From a bacterium (GTDB taxonomy: Bacteria; Krumholzibacteriota; Krumholzibacteriia; G020349025), in contig JANLSU010000018.1 in NCBI GenBank assembly GCA_031362565.1, positions 1 to 64,000 on the forward strand: a stretch of 64,000 bases of DNA, read 5' to 3'. Position numbers and translations under genes: made by a program. Below are positions 9,486-19,576 of the stretch, in pieces (the first letter of the stretch is position 1; the number at the start of each line of letters is the position of its first letter). The notes under the pieces were generated by a model. That model ran no database searches. It saw only the letters and a list, made by a program, of their open reading frames with translations, and had not been told where the DNA came from.

Positions 9486-10645
9486 GATCGGCCCCCCACC
9501 TCGGCAACGAGCGGCACGGGTGCATCAAGGCGCGACGACGGCATCGGTGTGGTACCGGCAAGGGCGTGGTACAGGCGTTCATAGCCCCGCACCATCGCCG
9601 GCAACGTGAACTCTTCCTCATAGAACGCGCGGCCACGGGCGCCAAAGCGAGCGCGTAGGGCGGCGTCCTGCAGGAGGCGCGCCAGGGCATCGGCCATCGG
9701 AATCTCAGCGTTCGACTCGACGAGAAAGCCGTTCTCGCCATCACGCACCACTTCGGGATTGCCGCCGACCCGGGTGGCGACAATGGGCAGCGACGCGGCA
9801 CTCGCCTCGAGAAGCGTCAGCGACAGGCCTTCGCTGAAACTCGACAGCACGAAGACGTCGAAGCTCTGGAGGAGTTCAGCGACGTCGAGGCGAAATCCCA
9901 GAAACCGCACATGGCCGTCGAGCCCCAATCGCGCCGCCTGGGCACGCAAGTCCGCCTCGCGCCGCCCATTGCCGACGACAACGAGCACCGCATCGGGAAC
10001 GCGTTCGATGGTGTGTTTCCAGGCACGCAGGAGCAGGTCGTGATTCTTGACGTCCGCCAGCCGGGCGATGATCCCGGCGGTGGGCCGCTGCCCCAAACCG
10101 AGTTCGGCGCGCACGTCGTCGCGGGTGCGCGTCGCGGGCGCGAGCGCGACGCCGTTCTTGACGACGTGCACCCGGGACGGCGGAAAGGCCTCGTAGCGAA
10201 TGAGATTGTCGTGCAACGTCTTCGAGACGGTCACCACGGCGTCGGTGCGTCGCGCCAGGACCGCATGCAGGCCGCGCTCGCGGAGCGGCGTCGGGAAGGC
10301 GCGGTCATGCTCGGTGTACAGAAAGCGGCAACGCCGGACGAGGCTCGTAACCGCCGCCCCATAGAAGAAGGCCGTCGCATTGTGTGCATGGATGATGTCG
10401 ATCCGTTCGCGCTGTACAAGCCTGGCCAGCCAGACGACGAATCCCGGGTCGATGCCGCCGCGGCGGAGTCGAAAATGCAATGGCATGCCCCGCTCGCGCA
10501 CTTCGTCCGCCAGCTGCCCTTGGCGGTCGAAAGCGCAGAACTGGGTCTGGAACTCCTGCTCGGGCAAATTGAAAACCAGATCGAGCGCCATCCGCTCGAT
10601 GCCGCCGATCGCCAGGCCCTGCAAGAGTTGCAATACTCGAATCAC
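9482..10645 (-). CDS. GT4 glycosyltransferase (TIGR03088-like)
   Basis: Probable GTG start (VIRVLQLL); GGIER, YTEH, SEGLSLTLLEA, VGGNPEVV. Confidence 0.85.
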   Translation of the reverse strand: MIRVLQLLQGLAIGGIERMALDLVFNLPEQEFQTQFCAFDRQGQLADEVRERGMPLHFRLRRGGIDPGFVVWLARLVQRERIDIIHAHNATAFFYGAAVTSLVRRCRFLYTEHDRAFPTPLRERGLHAVLARRTDAVVTVSKTLHDNLIRYEAFPPSRVHVVKNGVALAPATRTRDDVRAELGLGQRPTAGIIARLADVKNHDLLLRAWKHTIERVPDAVLVVVGNGRREADLRAQAARLGLDGHVRFLGFRLDVAELLQSFDVFVLSSFSEGLSLTLLEASAASLPIVATRVGGNPEVVRDGENGFLVESNAEIPMADALARLLQDAALRARFGARGRAFYEEEFTLPAMVRGYERLYHALAGTTPMPSSRLDAPVPLVAEVGGRS

Positions 10646-10661
10646 GTTGGCGCGCCTCCGC

Positions 10662-11948
10662 TCAAGCTGCCTCGTCTTCGTCGTCATCGTCTTCTTCATC
10701 GGCGCGCTCGGCGCGCATCATCGCGATCTCGTGGCCCACGAGCCGCTGCAGCGCCGCCGAGAGTCCCATGACGTGATAGATGAGGTCGAAATGGGCCCGG
10801 CTCAGGAACGTGCCGCCGACCGCGAAGGCCACCATGCTCGCCGCCAGGCACTTGGCACCGTTGTCGGCCCAAGTGAGCCCCGCGCGCCGGGCTCGCTGCC
10901 GTGTCGTCCACAGCGTCACGAGGCTGGCGATGAACAGCGTCACATAGATGGCGAGACCCGTGTACCCACACTCGGCGAGCACCTGCAGCCAGGTGTTGTG
11001 TGCCACATGCACGTCGTCCGGATCCGGCGCGTAGTACTGGAATTTGTACAAAAAATTGTCGAGCCCGACGCCGGCAATCGGATAGTCGTTCGCCATGTCA
11101 TAGGCCGCGTGCCACGCATTGATGCGGCCCATCGCCGAACCGTCGTCCTCATAGTGCCCAATGCTGGCAATGCGCTCATAGAAGCTCTGGCCGACGAACA
11201 GACTGGCGGCGAGCGCCAGTACGGCCACCGAGGCAAGCGCCAGCACCTTGCGGCGGCTGAACAACACCAGGAAGAGCGTCAGCGCCACGAGCGACAGGAA
11301 GCCGCCGCGCGAATGGGTGAAGATCACGGTGATCGCCACCAACGGCACCATACCCATCGCCACCAGACGCAGCCACTTCGACTTAGCGTCCCAGACGACA
11401 TACATGAGGATGGGCAGCGCCATGTTGAGCGCCAAGGCGAAGTCGTTGTTGTCGCCGATCATCCCACCGACACCGCGCGTGAAGTGCACACCGCCGGCCG
11501 CCACACCGTAGATTCCATACTTGACGCCCAGCACGCCGAGCGACAGGCCAATGACCGCCATCGCAGCACGAAACCGCTTTGCATCGCTGACGAGCACGAC
11601 CGACAAGAGCGCAATCAACATCACCTTGCCGATGTCCTCGAACTTGTTGAAAGCGGCTTCTTGCTTGCCGGCGACGAAACAGCAGACGAGCAACCAACCC
11701 AACCAAATCAGCATCCACGTCGTGATGGCAGTGCGGCGGTAGGGATTGAATTTGCCGCGGATGATCAGGCTCACCCACACGGCGAGCGCCATCCACTTGG
11801 AGAGCGGCAACTCGGCCGCCAGCCCCCAGGAGAGATCCTGCGGGCGCATGTAAGCGAGCCAGCTGAAACCGAGCAGTCCGAAAAACGGCCGGTAGAACGC
11901 CAGCGGCAGGGTGGCGAGCACAATGGCTAGGACCAGATAGTCGCGCAT
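10662..11948 (-). CDS. O-antigen ligase-like O-glycosylation ligase, exosortase A-associated
   Basis: Multi-TM; MRD start, YMRPQ.LSWG, DNNDFAL, THSRGGF, D.SAMGR..AW, AHN..LQVLAE.G. Confidence 0.85.
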   Translation of the reverse strand: MRDYLVLAIVLATLPLAFYRPFFGLLGFSWLAYMRPQDLSWGLAAELPLSKWMALAVWVSLIIRGKFNPYRRTAITTWMLIWLGWLLVCCFVAGKQEAAFNKFEDIGKVMLIALLSVVLVSDAKRFRAAMAVIGLSLGVLGVKYGIYGVAAGGVHFTRGVGGMIGDNNDFALALNMALPILMYVVWDAKSKWLRLVAMGMVPLVAITVIFTHSRGGFLSLVALTLFLVLFSRRKVLALASVAVLALAASLFVGQSFYERIASIGHYEDDGSAMGRINAWHAAYDMANDYPIAGVGLDNFLYKFQYYAPDPDDVHVAHNTWLQVLAECGYTGLAIYVTLFIASLVTLWTTRQRARRAGLTWADNGAKCLAASMVAFAVGGTFLSRAHFDLIYHVMGLSAALQRLVGHEIAMMRAERADEEDDDDEDEAA

Positions 11949-11951
11949 CGC

Positions 11952-13022
11952 TCAGCCCTTCCTCAGCCGCCGTCCCGTAAGCACGTCGAACACCCCGGTC
12001 ATTTCGCACCAGAAGTAGGCCGCCGAGAAGCGGCCGTCACGGCCGCGCGACGTGTCTTCACAGACATTGCGACGCGCGATCCGCAGCGCATCGACGCTGG
12101 GGCCGGGACCAACATTGCGGCCCGCCATCGTGAATCCGAAACGCACCCCGGCGCGCCGCGCCAAATCCGCCACGGCATCGTCGACGTCGCCATTCGGGTA
12201 GGCGAAGGTCTCGACCGGCGCGCCGACGCGCTGGCCGATGAGCGACACACTGTCGCGGATTTCCCGTGCGGCATCGTCGCCCGGCATGCGGGTCAAGATC
12301 CCGTGGCGCATCCCGTGGGCGCCGATCGACATGCCGGCTTGCCGCAGCGCGCGGATCTCGTCCCACTCCATGGGTGCGTCGGCGGCTGCGGCGCCTTGCG
12401 CGAGCGGTGTGAGGACCTGCACCCAGCGCCGGCGTTCGTCGTCGGGCAGTGTTTTCAGGAATGAGGCCGCAGCTCGCACCCGTTCGGCGAGTGAGCCCGG
12501 GCTGTCGAAGGCCTTCACGAGGCCCTCGGGCAAGCCTGTTGGGCGCGCCGCCACGCTCGTGCTCCAGGCGCGGGCGGCGGCTGCCACGCGGTCGAACCAG
12601 AACGATTCGCCGCGATCGACGAAATCGACGCTGACGAAGAACGTCGCCGCAATATTGCGCGCCGCGAGAATAGGGAGCGCGTTGCGGTAGTTGTCGCGGT
12701 ACCCGTCATCGAAGGTGATCACGGCGACGTGCTCGCGGAGCGGCTCGGTGCCGGCCAGGATCGGCCCGAGGTCGCGGAGCGGCACGATGCGGTACAGCTC
12801 GGACAATGCCGCGAGCTGCGCATCGAACGTCGATGTCGAGACGTGCATCGCCGGATAGGCACAGGACGCCAGTTCGGCGTCCGGCGTGACGCGATGGTAG
12901 GCGAGAACCAGGACGTGCGGCCGGCGCCGGCGGTGCAACGTGCGCAAAACGCCGCTCTTTGCCAACCCGTCGGCGACCATCGCCTTGAACTGATGAAGCA
13001 TCCGCTGCACTCGAGCCTCCAA
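11952..13022 (-). CDS. Polysaccharide deacetylase (NodB homology)
   Basis: LAYHRV, ITFDDGYRDN, IGAH..RH, FAYPNG. Confidence 0.85.
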   Translation of the reverse strand: MEARVQRMLHQFKAMVADGLAKSGVLRTLHRRRRPHVLVLAYHRVTPDAELASCAYPAMHVSTSTFDAQLAALSELYRIVPLRDLGPILAGTEPLREHVAVITFDDGYRDNYRNALPILAARNIAATFFVSVDFVDRGESFWFDRVAAAARAWSTSVAARPTGLPEGLVKAFDSPGSLAERVRAAASFLKTLPDDERRRWVQVLTPLAQGAAAADAPMEWDEIRALRQAGMSIGAHGMRHGILTRMPGDDAAREIRDSVSLIGQRVGAPVETFAYPNGDVDDAVADLARRAGVRFGFTMAGRNVGPGPSVDALRIARRNVCEDTSRGRDGRFSAAYFWCEMTGVFDVLTGRRLRKG

Positions 13023-13056
13023 GCCGATTCGTCGCGCCGTCCTGGCGCGCGCCGCC

Positions 13057-14082
13057 CTACGGGATGTACTTCAAGAGCTGCGGTCCCACCATTTTGGTGA
13101 CGCCGAGCGGCAGATGGCTCCAGATGCGCCGCGGCAATTCGAACTTTGGATTCGACGGATTGATGCGCGGCAACTCGCTCAGGCCGCGCAGCACGTATTG
13201 GTAGTGCAAGGTCACGGGCTCGAAACCCATGTTGACCTTGAACTGATAGGGGCCCGCACCACGGCGACTGCGCCCGAAGTCGAAGCGCCGGTAGCCGCGC
13301 TTGACGCCTGCTTCCATGAGGTCGCAGTACATGACGTTGCTGCACTGGGTAAAGAAGTAGTTGTCGTCGCAGCCGGAGTAGTACGGGATCATCGTGCCGC
13401 GGTCGTAGAACGTCAGCACGGCCGCCACCACCCGGTCCTCGAAGAGCGTGTGCTGGACGTCGATGTTGGCGCCGAAGGATTCCTGGAGTGCGACCAGGAA
13501 GCGCAACGGGAACGTCGGTGATCCCAAACGCCGGACGTTGAGCGCGTAGAGTTCGTACAAGCGCGTGAAGTCACTCGTGAACTCCGACCGCACCCCGAAC
13601 TTCGTGCGCCCGTTGCGGACCGAGGCGCGCGACTTGCGCGGAATGAGCGCCAGGCACTCCTCGGGGGTCGCCGGAAGATCGCGCTGGAACGTGACGTACA
13701 GATCATTCTCCGGAAGCCCCAAAGCGCTCGCGTGACGAGCCCGCAGTTCGATGTACTTGGCGTCGCACTTCGCCGCCTCGGCTTCGGCAGCAGCCAACAG
13801 AGCGCGCTCGGCCGCCTCGTCATCAGCCAGAATCCCGCCATAGACACCGTACGGCACCGACACCAGCGCGCGGCCCTTGAGCGTCGACACCTTGAAGAGC
13901 GGCAGCACCCCCACCCATGCGCCATCGCGTTCGGCGCAAAGGTAGACTGGACGGTGCCCGAACGTCCGCTCGACGGCGTGTTTCCACGCCGACAAATGGA
14001 AGATCGTCCCCTCCGGATGGGCAGCGACGTACGCATCCCACTGAATGGTCTCGGCGGCGTCGAGTTGGCGGACGGCGGTCAT
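13057..14082 (-). CDS. FemAB-like GNAT protein, XrtA/PEP-CTERM-associated
   Basis: Start MTAVRQLD; LVSVPYGVYGG, RLGSP, FDFGRS, NPSNPKF. Confidence 0.87.
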   Translation of the reverse strand: MTAVRQLDAAETIQWDAYVAAHPEGTIFHLSAWKHAVERTFGHRPVYLCAERDGAWVGVLPLFKVSTLKGRALVSVPYGVYGGILADDEAAERALLAAAEAEAAKCDAKYIELRARHASALGLPENDLYVTFQRDLPATPEECLALIPRKSRASVRNGRTKFGVRSEFTSDFTRLYELYALNVRRLGSPTFPLRFLVALQESFGANIDVQHTLFEDRVVAAVLTFYDRGTMIPYYSGCDDNYFFTQCSNVMYCDLMEAGVKRGYRRFDFGRSRRGAGPYQFKVNMGFEPVTLHYQYVLRGLSELPRINPSNPKFELPRRIWSHLPLGVTKMVGPQLLKYIP

Positions 14083-14095
14083 GGGTTCTCCCGTC

Positions 14096-14974
14096 TCACA
14101 CGGACGCTGGTTCCAACACTCCCGGCGCGGATCGGATCTCGCTCTGTCGCACGGAGTCCAGAATGTCGCGACACGAACCGAACTCGAACTCCCGGACGAG
14201 GCGCGCGAGCTTGCTCTCTGTCGAGGCCATTCGGCCGTAGTGCCGGAGCGCCCGGGCGCGTGGCAGCGGCAGCCGCGGCTGCTCGACGTCGTATTCCCAC
14301 GGGTGCGTGTAGACGATGCCGGGCAAGCCTTCGGCGTTGATGCGCCGCAATGCCCAGGCGTTAAAGGCGTACGGCAAGAGACGCAGATAACCACCGCCGG
14401 CAGCCGGCAGATTGTGGCCGGCGACGCGGGCCGTGACCGGCGGCAGTTCCCAAAGATCGCGACCGGCGCCCGTGCGCACGATGTACGGCGCCCGCTTGGC
14501 ATCCGGAATCCCATACCGGTCATGATGGACCGGGAAGATCGAGCTGTCGTATTCGATGCCCTGGTCGAGCATGATGTCGAGCGCCCACAGCGTGTCGCGC
14601 ACGACAGAAAACGATGGGGCCCGGTACCCGACGACGGCCTGGCCCGATTGCGCCCGCAGAACCCGCAACGAGTGCCGCAGGTCGGCGGCGAATTCCGCCG
14701 GCGACTGCTGGGTAATCATGTGATGCGCGTAGCCGTGCGAGGCGATCTCGTGTCCGGCGGCAGCGATGCGCGGCACGAGGCTCGGCTGCCGGTCCGCCAC
14801 CCACCCGAGTACGAAGAATGTCGCGTGCACCTGCGCTTGGTCGAACACCTTCAAGAGACGGTCGACCGCGAGCGCGGCGCGCGGCTCGAGAACCGAGCAA
14901 TCCTCCGGCACGAAGCCGCGTACGGCTTCCGGATGGAACCAGTCTTCGACATCCACGGACATGGCGTTGCGCAC
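14096..14974 (-). CDS. XrtA-system polysaccharide deacetylase (DUF3473 C-terminus)
   Basis: SVDVEDWF, ATFFVLGW, HEIASHGY.H, GYRAPSFS, GGGYLRL, HPWEYD. Confidence 0.9.
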   Translation of the reverse strand: MRNAMSVDVEDWFHPEAVRGFVPEDCSVLEPRAALAVDRLLKVFDQAQVHATFFVLGWVADRQPSLVPRIAAAGHEIASHGYAHHMITQQSPAEFAADLRHSLRVLRAQSGQAVVGYRAPSFSVVRDTLWALDIMLDQGIEYDSSIFPVHHDRYGIPDAKRAPYIVRTGAGRDLWELPPVTARVAGHNLPAAGGGYLRLLPYAFNAWALRRINAEGLPGIVYTHPWEYDVEQPRLPLPRARALRHYGRMASTESKLARLVREFEFGSCRDILDSVRQSEIRSAPGVLEPASV

Positions 14975-15086
14975 GCTGCCTCCGGAAAGTACGGCCAGAC
15001 GCGCTTCCGCGCGTCACGACCACAATCTGAGGTTGAACAGCAAGGTTCGTTCCGCGGCCGGCACGTCCAGGCGCCGCAAGTGGTGG

Positions 15087-16511
15087 CTAGACGCGACGAT
15101 TGCAGCGCTCCAGGAGCAGTTGCCAATTCTGCGTCAGGAAGGCCCGCACCATGGCATCCGGTGGGGCATTGCTGACGAGTTCCAGAGGCTTCTCCGGGCG
15201 CAGGACGTCGCGAAACACCCGATCCATCGTCTCGAACTGGGCGCGATCGAGCTGCGGCTTGCGGAGTTCGACGAGGTCGTAGGGCGTTGTCAGGTAGAGA
15301 ACGCCGTCGGGAGATGGAAAAGCACGGAAGAACCAGCGCCGGAACATTTGTCCATGCGTGAACGGTGTTTTCCCCTGCCGGAACTCGAGGTCGTAGACCC
15401 AACGATCGCTGATAACGATCGGCCGGCGCGATGCCCGGATGGCCTTCACGTAGCGGAACCCGAGTTCAATGCTGAGCGCCACGAAGAAGGCCGCGCCCTT
15501 CACCGCGTATCGCAGCATCGCGGCCGCCAAGCGGAGCGGCGACGGCCGGGACGCAAGATGAGCCTGCTCCTCCACGCTGACCGCGACGGGAAGGCCACAG
15601 CGTCGCGCCAGCAAGCGCGCATGCGACATCTGTGGCGGAATCAACCGCCGCGCCTGGCGCATCGGCAAGAGGTCATGGCCCCAGCATCCCATGTAGACGC
15701 GGCCGGGACGCAGCGGCGAATCGTCGAGATGCGCTTGCAGTGCATCCGCGAACGAGGTCTTCCCCGAGCCATCGGGACCCAAAAGGGCCAGCACCACCGC
15801 GCGGCGTGGCAGGCGAAGGCGCAGGCGGTCGCCGTAGCGATAGCGCCACAGGCCCCACACATTGGCCGGCCGGCGCAGGAGCGCACCCCGCGCCGCAGTG
15901 CGCAGGGCGCCAAACGCGACGGCATCGCCCGCCAAATGTGCCGGCTCGCGATCCAAGGCGATGTGCCCACTCAGGCCGAAGCGATCCGTTTGGGTGCGAA
16001 TCTGCCCGGCATCGAGTCCTTGCGCGCGCAGGGTGGCCAACACCGGCAGATGCTTGGCTTGGAGTTCACTCTTGCCAAGAATGTTGTGCAGCAGCACGTG
16101 CAGATAGAAATCCTCGCGGCCGAGGCGTGGCGCCGGACCACTGGTGTCGAGGCGGCCGAGCGCGAGACGCGCATCCATGTATTCGATGCCGTTTTGCACG
16201 AATGCCGCGTGCAGGTCGACCGCATGAAAGCGCCCATTCCAGTACCGCAGGAAGACCCACTTGTGGCGCAGGCGCCGATCGCGCCGCAGCACGAAGCCGG
16301 CGCGCTGGAGTGCCGCGAACGCCCCGCGTTGGTCGTCGGGGTGCACCAGCACATCGAGGTCGTGCAGTTGGGCGAGTTCCGCGACATCGTCACGCAAGAG
16401 TGCATGGCGAATGCTCGCCTGCGCGAGCGCCGCCAGTGCGTCGCGAAATGGCCGCGCCGGATCGTCTTGGGATTGAACCGCACGAGCGCGCTGCAACACC
16501 GATTCGCTCAC
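15087..16511 (-). CDS. Nucleotidyltransferase-like plus thymidylate/NMP-kinase-like fusion
   Basis: N-terminal DLDVLV and VDLH; C-terminal P-loop GPDGSGKTS and DRWVYD; GTG start overlaps the upstream stop. Confidence 0.7.
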   Translation of the reverse strand: MSESVLQRARAVQSQDDPARPFRDALAALAQASIRHALLRDDVAELAQLHDLDVLVHPDDQRGAFAALQRAGFVLRRDRRLRHKWVFLRYWNGRFHAVDLHAAFVQNGIEYMDARLALGRLDTSGPAPRLGREDFYLHVLLHNILGKSELQAKHLPVLATLRAQGLDAGQIRTQTDRFGLSGHIALDREPAHLAGDAVAFGALRTAARGALLRRPANVWGLWRYRYGDRLRLRLPRRAVVLALLGPDGSGKTSFADALQAHLDDSPLRPGRVYMGCWGHDLLPMRQARRLIPPQMSHARLLARRCGLPVAVSVEEQAHLASRPSPLRLAAAMLRYAVKGAAFFVALSIELGFRYVKAIRASRRPIVISDRWVYDLEFRQGKTPFTHGQMFRRWFFRAFPSPDGVLYLTTPYDLVELRKPQLDRAQFETMDRVFRDVLRPEKPLELVSNAPPDAMVRAFLTQNWQLLLERCNRRV

Positions 16512-18127
16512 GTGCCGACCTCCACTGCACCACCGGCCGGCAAGGCATCGAGAACGGGGGCGACGTTGGCCGCGACCCATCCCGTGGTCGGCCACGCACC
16601 GCGCGCCGCCACCGGGCCGACGCGATCGAGCCAATACAAGAGCGGCGCGACCGCGACATAGCGCGGGTCGAGACCGCGCGACAAACGCCCGAGCAACGCC
16701 CGCTCGGGAGCTGTCAAGTCGCCGGCCAACACCCAGCGGCGCACCGCCGAACCCATCGCGCAGCCGGCATCGCGCGACCGGCGTGAGGCGATCAGATGCC
16801 ACGCGTCCAAGAGCGGCAAGCCGCGCGGCAGCCACAGTTCCCAGTCGAGCACCCGCCACGATTCCGGTGCATCGGCGCGCCCCAGAATATTCTCGAGTTT
16901 GAAATCGCCATGGCGCGGCACGATCGGCACCGGCACGTCGCGCAGCGTCTCCAGGAGCCGCGCGCGCACCGCATTCATGCGCTCGGCAAGTGGCGCCGGC
17001 AAGAGACGCCCTGCATCCCGAAACGCGACACCGATGTGTGCATCGAGTGCCGCAGCGTCGAGCGGCCGGGCCGGTGCACCCAATGCTGCCAACTTCTCCA
17101 AGCAATCCCCGAGCGCTTCGAGAGAGCGGTCCTTTTCGGCCGGCGTCCAGCTCTGCGCATCATCACCGGCCGCGAAGTCTTCCGCTGTCCAGTTCCAGCC
17201 CTGCGTGCAACCGCGGGCCCGCAGACGCGGAAACGCCGTGCCCCACGATCCAAGGCGCGACGCCTGCTGTGTCAGCCATTCGAGGGCTGCAGCATTGGCG
17301 GCGACGCGTGGCTCCGAGGCTGCCGTGAACGGTACCTTGAGCACGACGCGCTCGGCGCCCGCGGCACTCAGCAACTGCAACAGGACAATCGCCGTACCGT
17401 TCGGCGAGACGAGAAATCGTTCGACGTGCGGCGAGGCCGAGCACGTCTGTCCAAGGTCGGCGAGAATCGCCTCGAGAACGGAGGCTGTTGGACTCACCGA
17501 GGCGCGGCTCGCGCGGCGCAAGCGCGCCGGCACAATCCATCGTGACGCGGGTTGGCGCGCCAGCCACGCTTGCCAAGCGCGGTGCGTGCGGCGGTGGCGA
17601 ACGAGCGGCGTCCGCGCATAGGCGTCCCAATCGACGATCTGCCGGACGCGGTCGACATGCGGAAGCCCGAGTTGCGCCGTTCCGAGCTGCCAGCCGGCGC
17701 GTTCCATCCAGGCGTCCATGCGCCACCAATACGGCGCGCCCGCTTGCGTCAGCGGGTTGCGGCTCCAGGCCGCCAACTCGCGCGGTGCAATCGGCAAGGC
17801 GCGCACCCGTGCAAGCCAATCACGGACATCGGCGCCGGTCTCGGGGTCCCAAAGCACCGCCGTGTCGTAGTCGGCGTCGGGATCCGGCTCCCACAGGCAG
17901 CGCAGTTCCGGCGGCGCTCCCTCGAGCATGCCGGTCCACGATTCGAAATCGCACCGCGACACAATGTCCACCCGCACTCCACGCCGCGCCAGCTCGAGCG
18001 CGAACGGCGGTGGCGTTCGTGCATAACAGACCAGGCGATCTGCCTGCGGTAACACCAAGCTCCAGACTCGCAAGCCGGGGCCGGCATCGGTGCGCAATGG
18101 CGAATTGTGAACGATTTCTGCGGACAC
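16508..18127 (-). CDS. Aminoglycoside/choline phosphotransferase-family kinase with long N-terminal domain
   Basis: VLKVP, HGDFKLENIL, VLDWE; GGAGGG RBS before GTG 18127. Confidence 0.72.
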   Translation of the reverse strand: MSAEIVHNSPLRTDAGPGLRVWSLVLPQADRLVCYARTPPPFALELARRGVRVDIVSRCDFESWTGMLEGAPPELRCLWEPDPDADYDTAVLWDPETGADVRDWLARVRALPIAPRELAAWSRNPLTQAGAPYWWRMDAWMERAGWQLGTAQLGLPHVDRVRQIVDWDAYARTPLVRHRRTHRAWQAWLARQPASRWIVPARLRRASRASVSPTASVLEAILADLGQTCSASPHVERFLVSPNGTAIVLLQLLSAAGAERVVLKVPFTAASEPRVAANAAALEWLTQQASRLGSWGTAFPRLRARGCTQGWNWTAEDFAAGDDAQSWTPAEKDRSLEALGDCLEKLAALGAPARPLDAAALDAHIGVAFRDAGRLLPAPLAERMNAVRARLLETLRDVPVPIVPRHGDFKLENILGRADAPESWRVLDWELWLPRGLPLLDAWHLIASRRSRDAGCAMGSAVRRWVLAGDLTAPERALLGRLSRGLDPRYVAVAPLLYWLDRVGPVAARGAWPTTGWVAANVAPVLDALPAGGAVEVGT

Positions 18128-18276
18128 GCGCCCTCCGCACGGATGACCTACAGCGGCGAGACGTTGCGCGTCCTGCCGCTCCACGCCTCGGAACCCGAAT
18201 GCACTCGTGGAAGTGCAAGGCAAGGGCCGGGCCGAGCGTGGAACGGAGGCACGATTCTTCCACCCGGAAGGACACC

Positions 18277-19515
18277 ATGCGGATCCTCGTGTTCAGCAGC
18301 CTGTATCCAAACGCTGCGATGCCGCAGCTCGGACTCTTCGTACACCGGCGGGTCGAGGCCGTAGCCCGCGCCGGCGTGCAAGTTCGCGTCGTGGCACCGG
18401 TGCCGTACTTCCCGCGCGCCATGCCGTCGGTTCGCTGGCGTGCCTATTCCCAGGTTCCGGACCACGAACGCCTCGGCAAGATCGCCGTCTCACATCCGCG
18501 TTACCTGCATGCGCCGGGGCCGGGCATGTACGTGCAAGCCTGGAGCATGGCGCGCGCCGCGCTGCCCCACCTGCGGGCGCTCCGCGCCGAATTCGATTTC
18601 CAGATGATTGATGCCCACTATGTGTATCCCGACGGAGTCGCGGCCGTGCAACTGGCCCGCGCCCTCGGGGTTCCCTGCGTGCTGACGGCGCGCGGCTCCG
18701 ATATCAATTTGCTGCCCAAGCACCGCGGCGTGCGCGAGCAGATCATGCGCGCCTTGGGCCAGGCGGATGCGGTCGTCGCAGTCAGCGGCGCCCTCGCCGA
18801 TTCGATGCGCGCCCTCGGTGCCCCGAACGAACGCCTGCACGTCGTACCCAATGGCATCGACCGTGATCTCTTCCACTACGGCGAGCCGCCCGCAGCGCGC
18901 GAGCGCCTGCGCGTCTTCTCCGACGAGAAGATGTTGCTCACGGTCGGCAACCTCCACGAACTCAAAGGCCATGCGCTCATCATCGAAGCCGTAGCGCGCT
19001 TGCGGGCGCGCGGCATCCGCACTCGGTATCACATCATTGGCGCCGGTGAGGAACAGGCCCGTCTCGAGGCCAAGATCGCAGCCCTCAAGGTCGACGATTG
19101 CGTGGTGCTCGAGGGTCCGCTCCCGAACGAGCGCCTGCGGGCCTGGTATCAGGCCGCGTCGCTCTTCGTCCTCGCCAGTTCACGCGAAGGCTGGCCGAAC
19201 GTTTTGAATGAAGCGTTGGCGTGCGGCTGTCCCGTCGTCGGCACCAAAGTCGGCGGCATCCCGGAGATCATCCGCCACGGCGAGAACGGCCTGCTCATGG
19301 AGCGGAGCCCCGAAGCGATCGCCGACACCATCGCCGACGCACTCAGCCGCGACTGGGACCGGCGCGCCCTCGCCGCCGCCGCAGCCCGAACGAGCTGGAG
19401 CGACGTTGCCGACCGTCTCGTGCAGATCTTCGCCACGGTGACCGGCGAAAGCGCGCCGCGGCGCACGATGGCGCCGGATGCGCAGCAGCCGGCGTCTCTC
19501 GTCGCACCTGCCTGA
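18277..19515 (+). CDS. GT4 glycosyltransferase (TuaC-like)
   Basis: MRILVFSSLYPN, DAHYVYPDG, TARGSDIN, EGWPNVLNEALACG. Confidence 0.9.
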   Translation: MRILVFSSLYPNAAMPQLGLFVHRRVEAVARAGVQVRVVAPVPYFPRAMPSVRWRAYSQVPDHERLGKIAVSHPRYLHAPGPGMYVQAWSMARAALPHLRALRAEFDFQMIDAHYVYPDGVAAVQLARALGVPCVLTARGSDINLLPKHRGVREQIMRALGQADAVVAVSGALADSMRALGAPNERLHVVPNGIDRDLFHYGEPPAARERLRVFSDEKMLLTVGNLHELKGHALIIEAVARLRARGIRTRYHIIGAGEEQARLEAKIAALKVDDCVVLEGPLPNERLRAWYQAASLFVLASSREGWPNVLNEALACGCPVVGTKVGGIPEIIRHGENGLLMERSPEAIADTIADALSRDWDRRALAAAAARTSWSDVADRLVQIFATVTGESAPRRTMAPDAQQPASLVAPA

Positions 19516-19518
19516 GCG
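19275..19518 (+). repeat. GT4 3'-end repeat, copy 1 (within the intact gene)
   Basis: Homologous to 22500-22729 and 25030-25261; all begin CCACGG and end GCACCTGCyTGAGC. Confidence 0.92.
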
Positions 19519-19546
19519 AATTACTACCCCAAACGCGGCCCTCACT

Positions 19547-19571
19547 CGGACGGACCCCGCGGTCTCGTCCG
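19547..19571. terminator. Hairpin between convergent GT4 and kinase genes
   Basis: CGGACG-GACC-ccgc-GGTC-t-CGTCCG. Confidence 0.45.
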
Positions 19572-19576
19572 GCAGC

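Noticed and set aside
4888..18127. AsnB + kinase + nucleotidyltransferase as a lasso-peptide cluster
   Set aside because: AsnB keeps the N-terminal Cys glutaminase domain, the context is glycosyltransferases, and no PqqD/B-protein or precursor is present.
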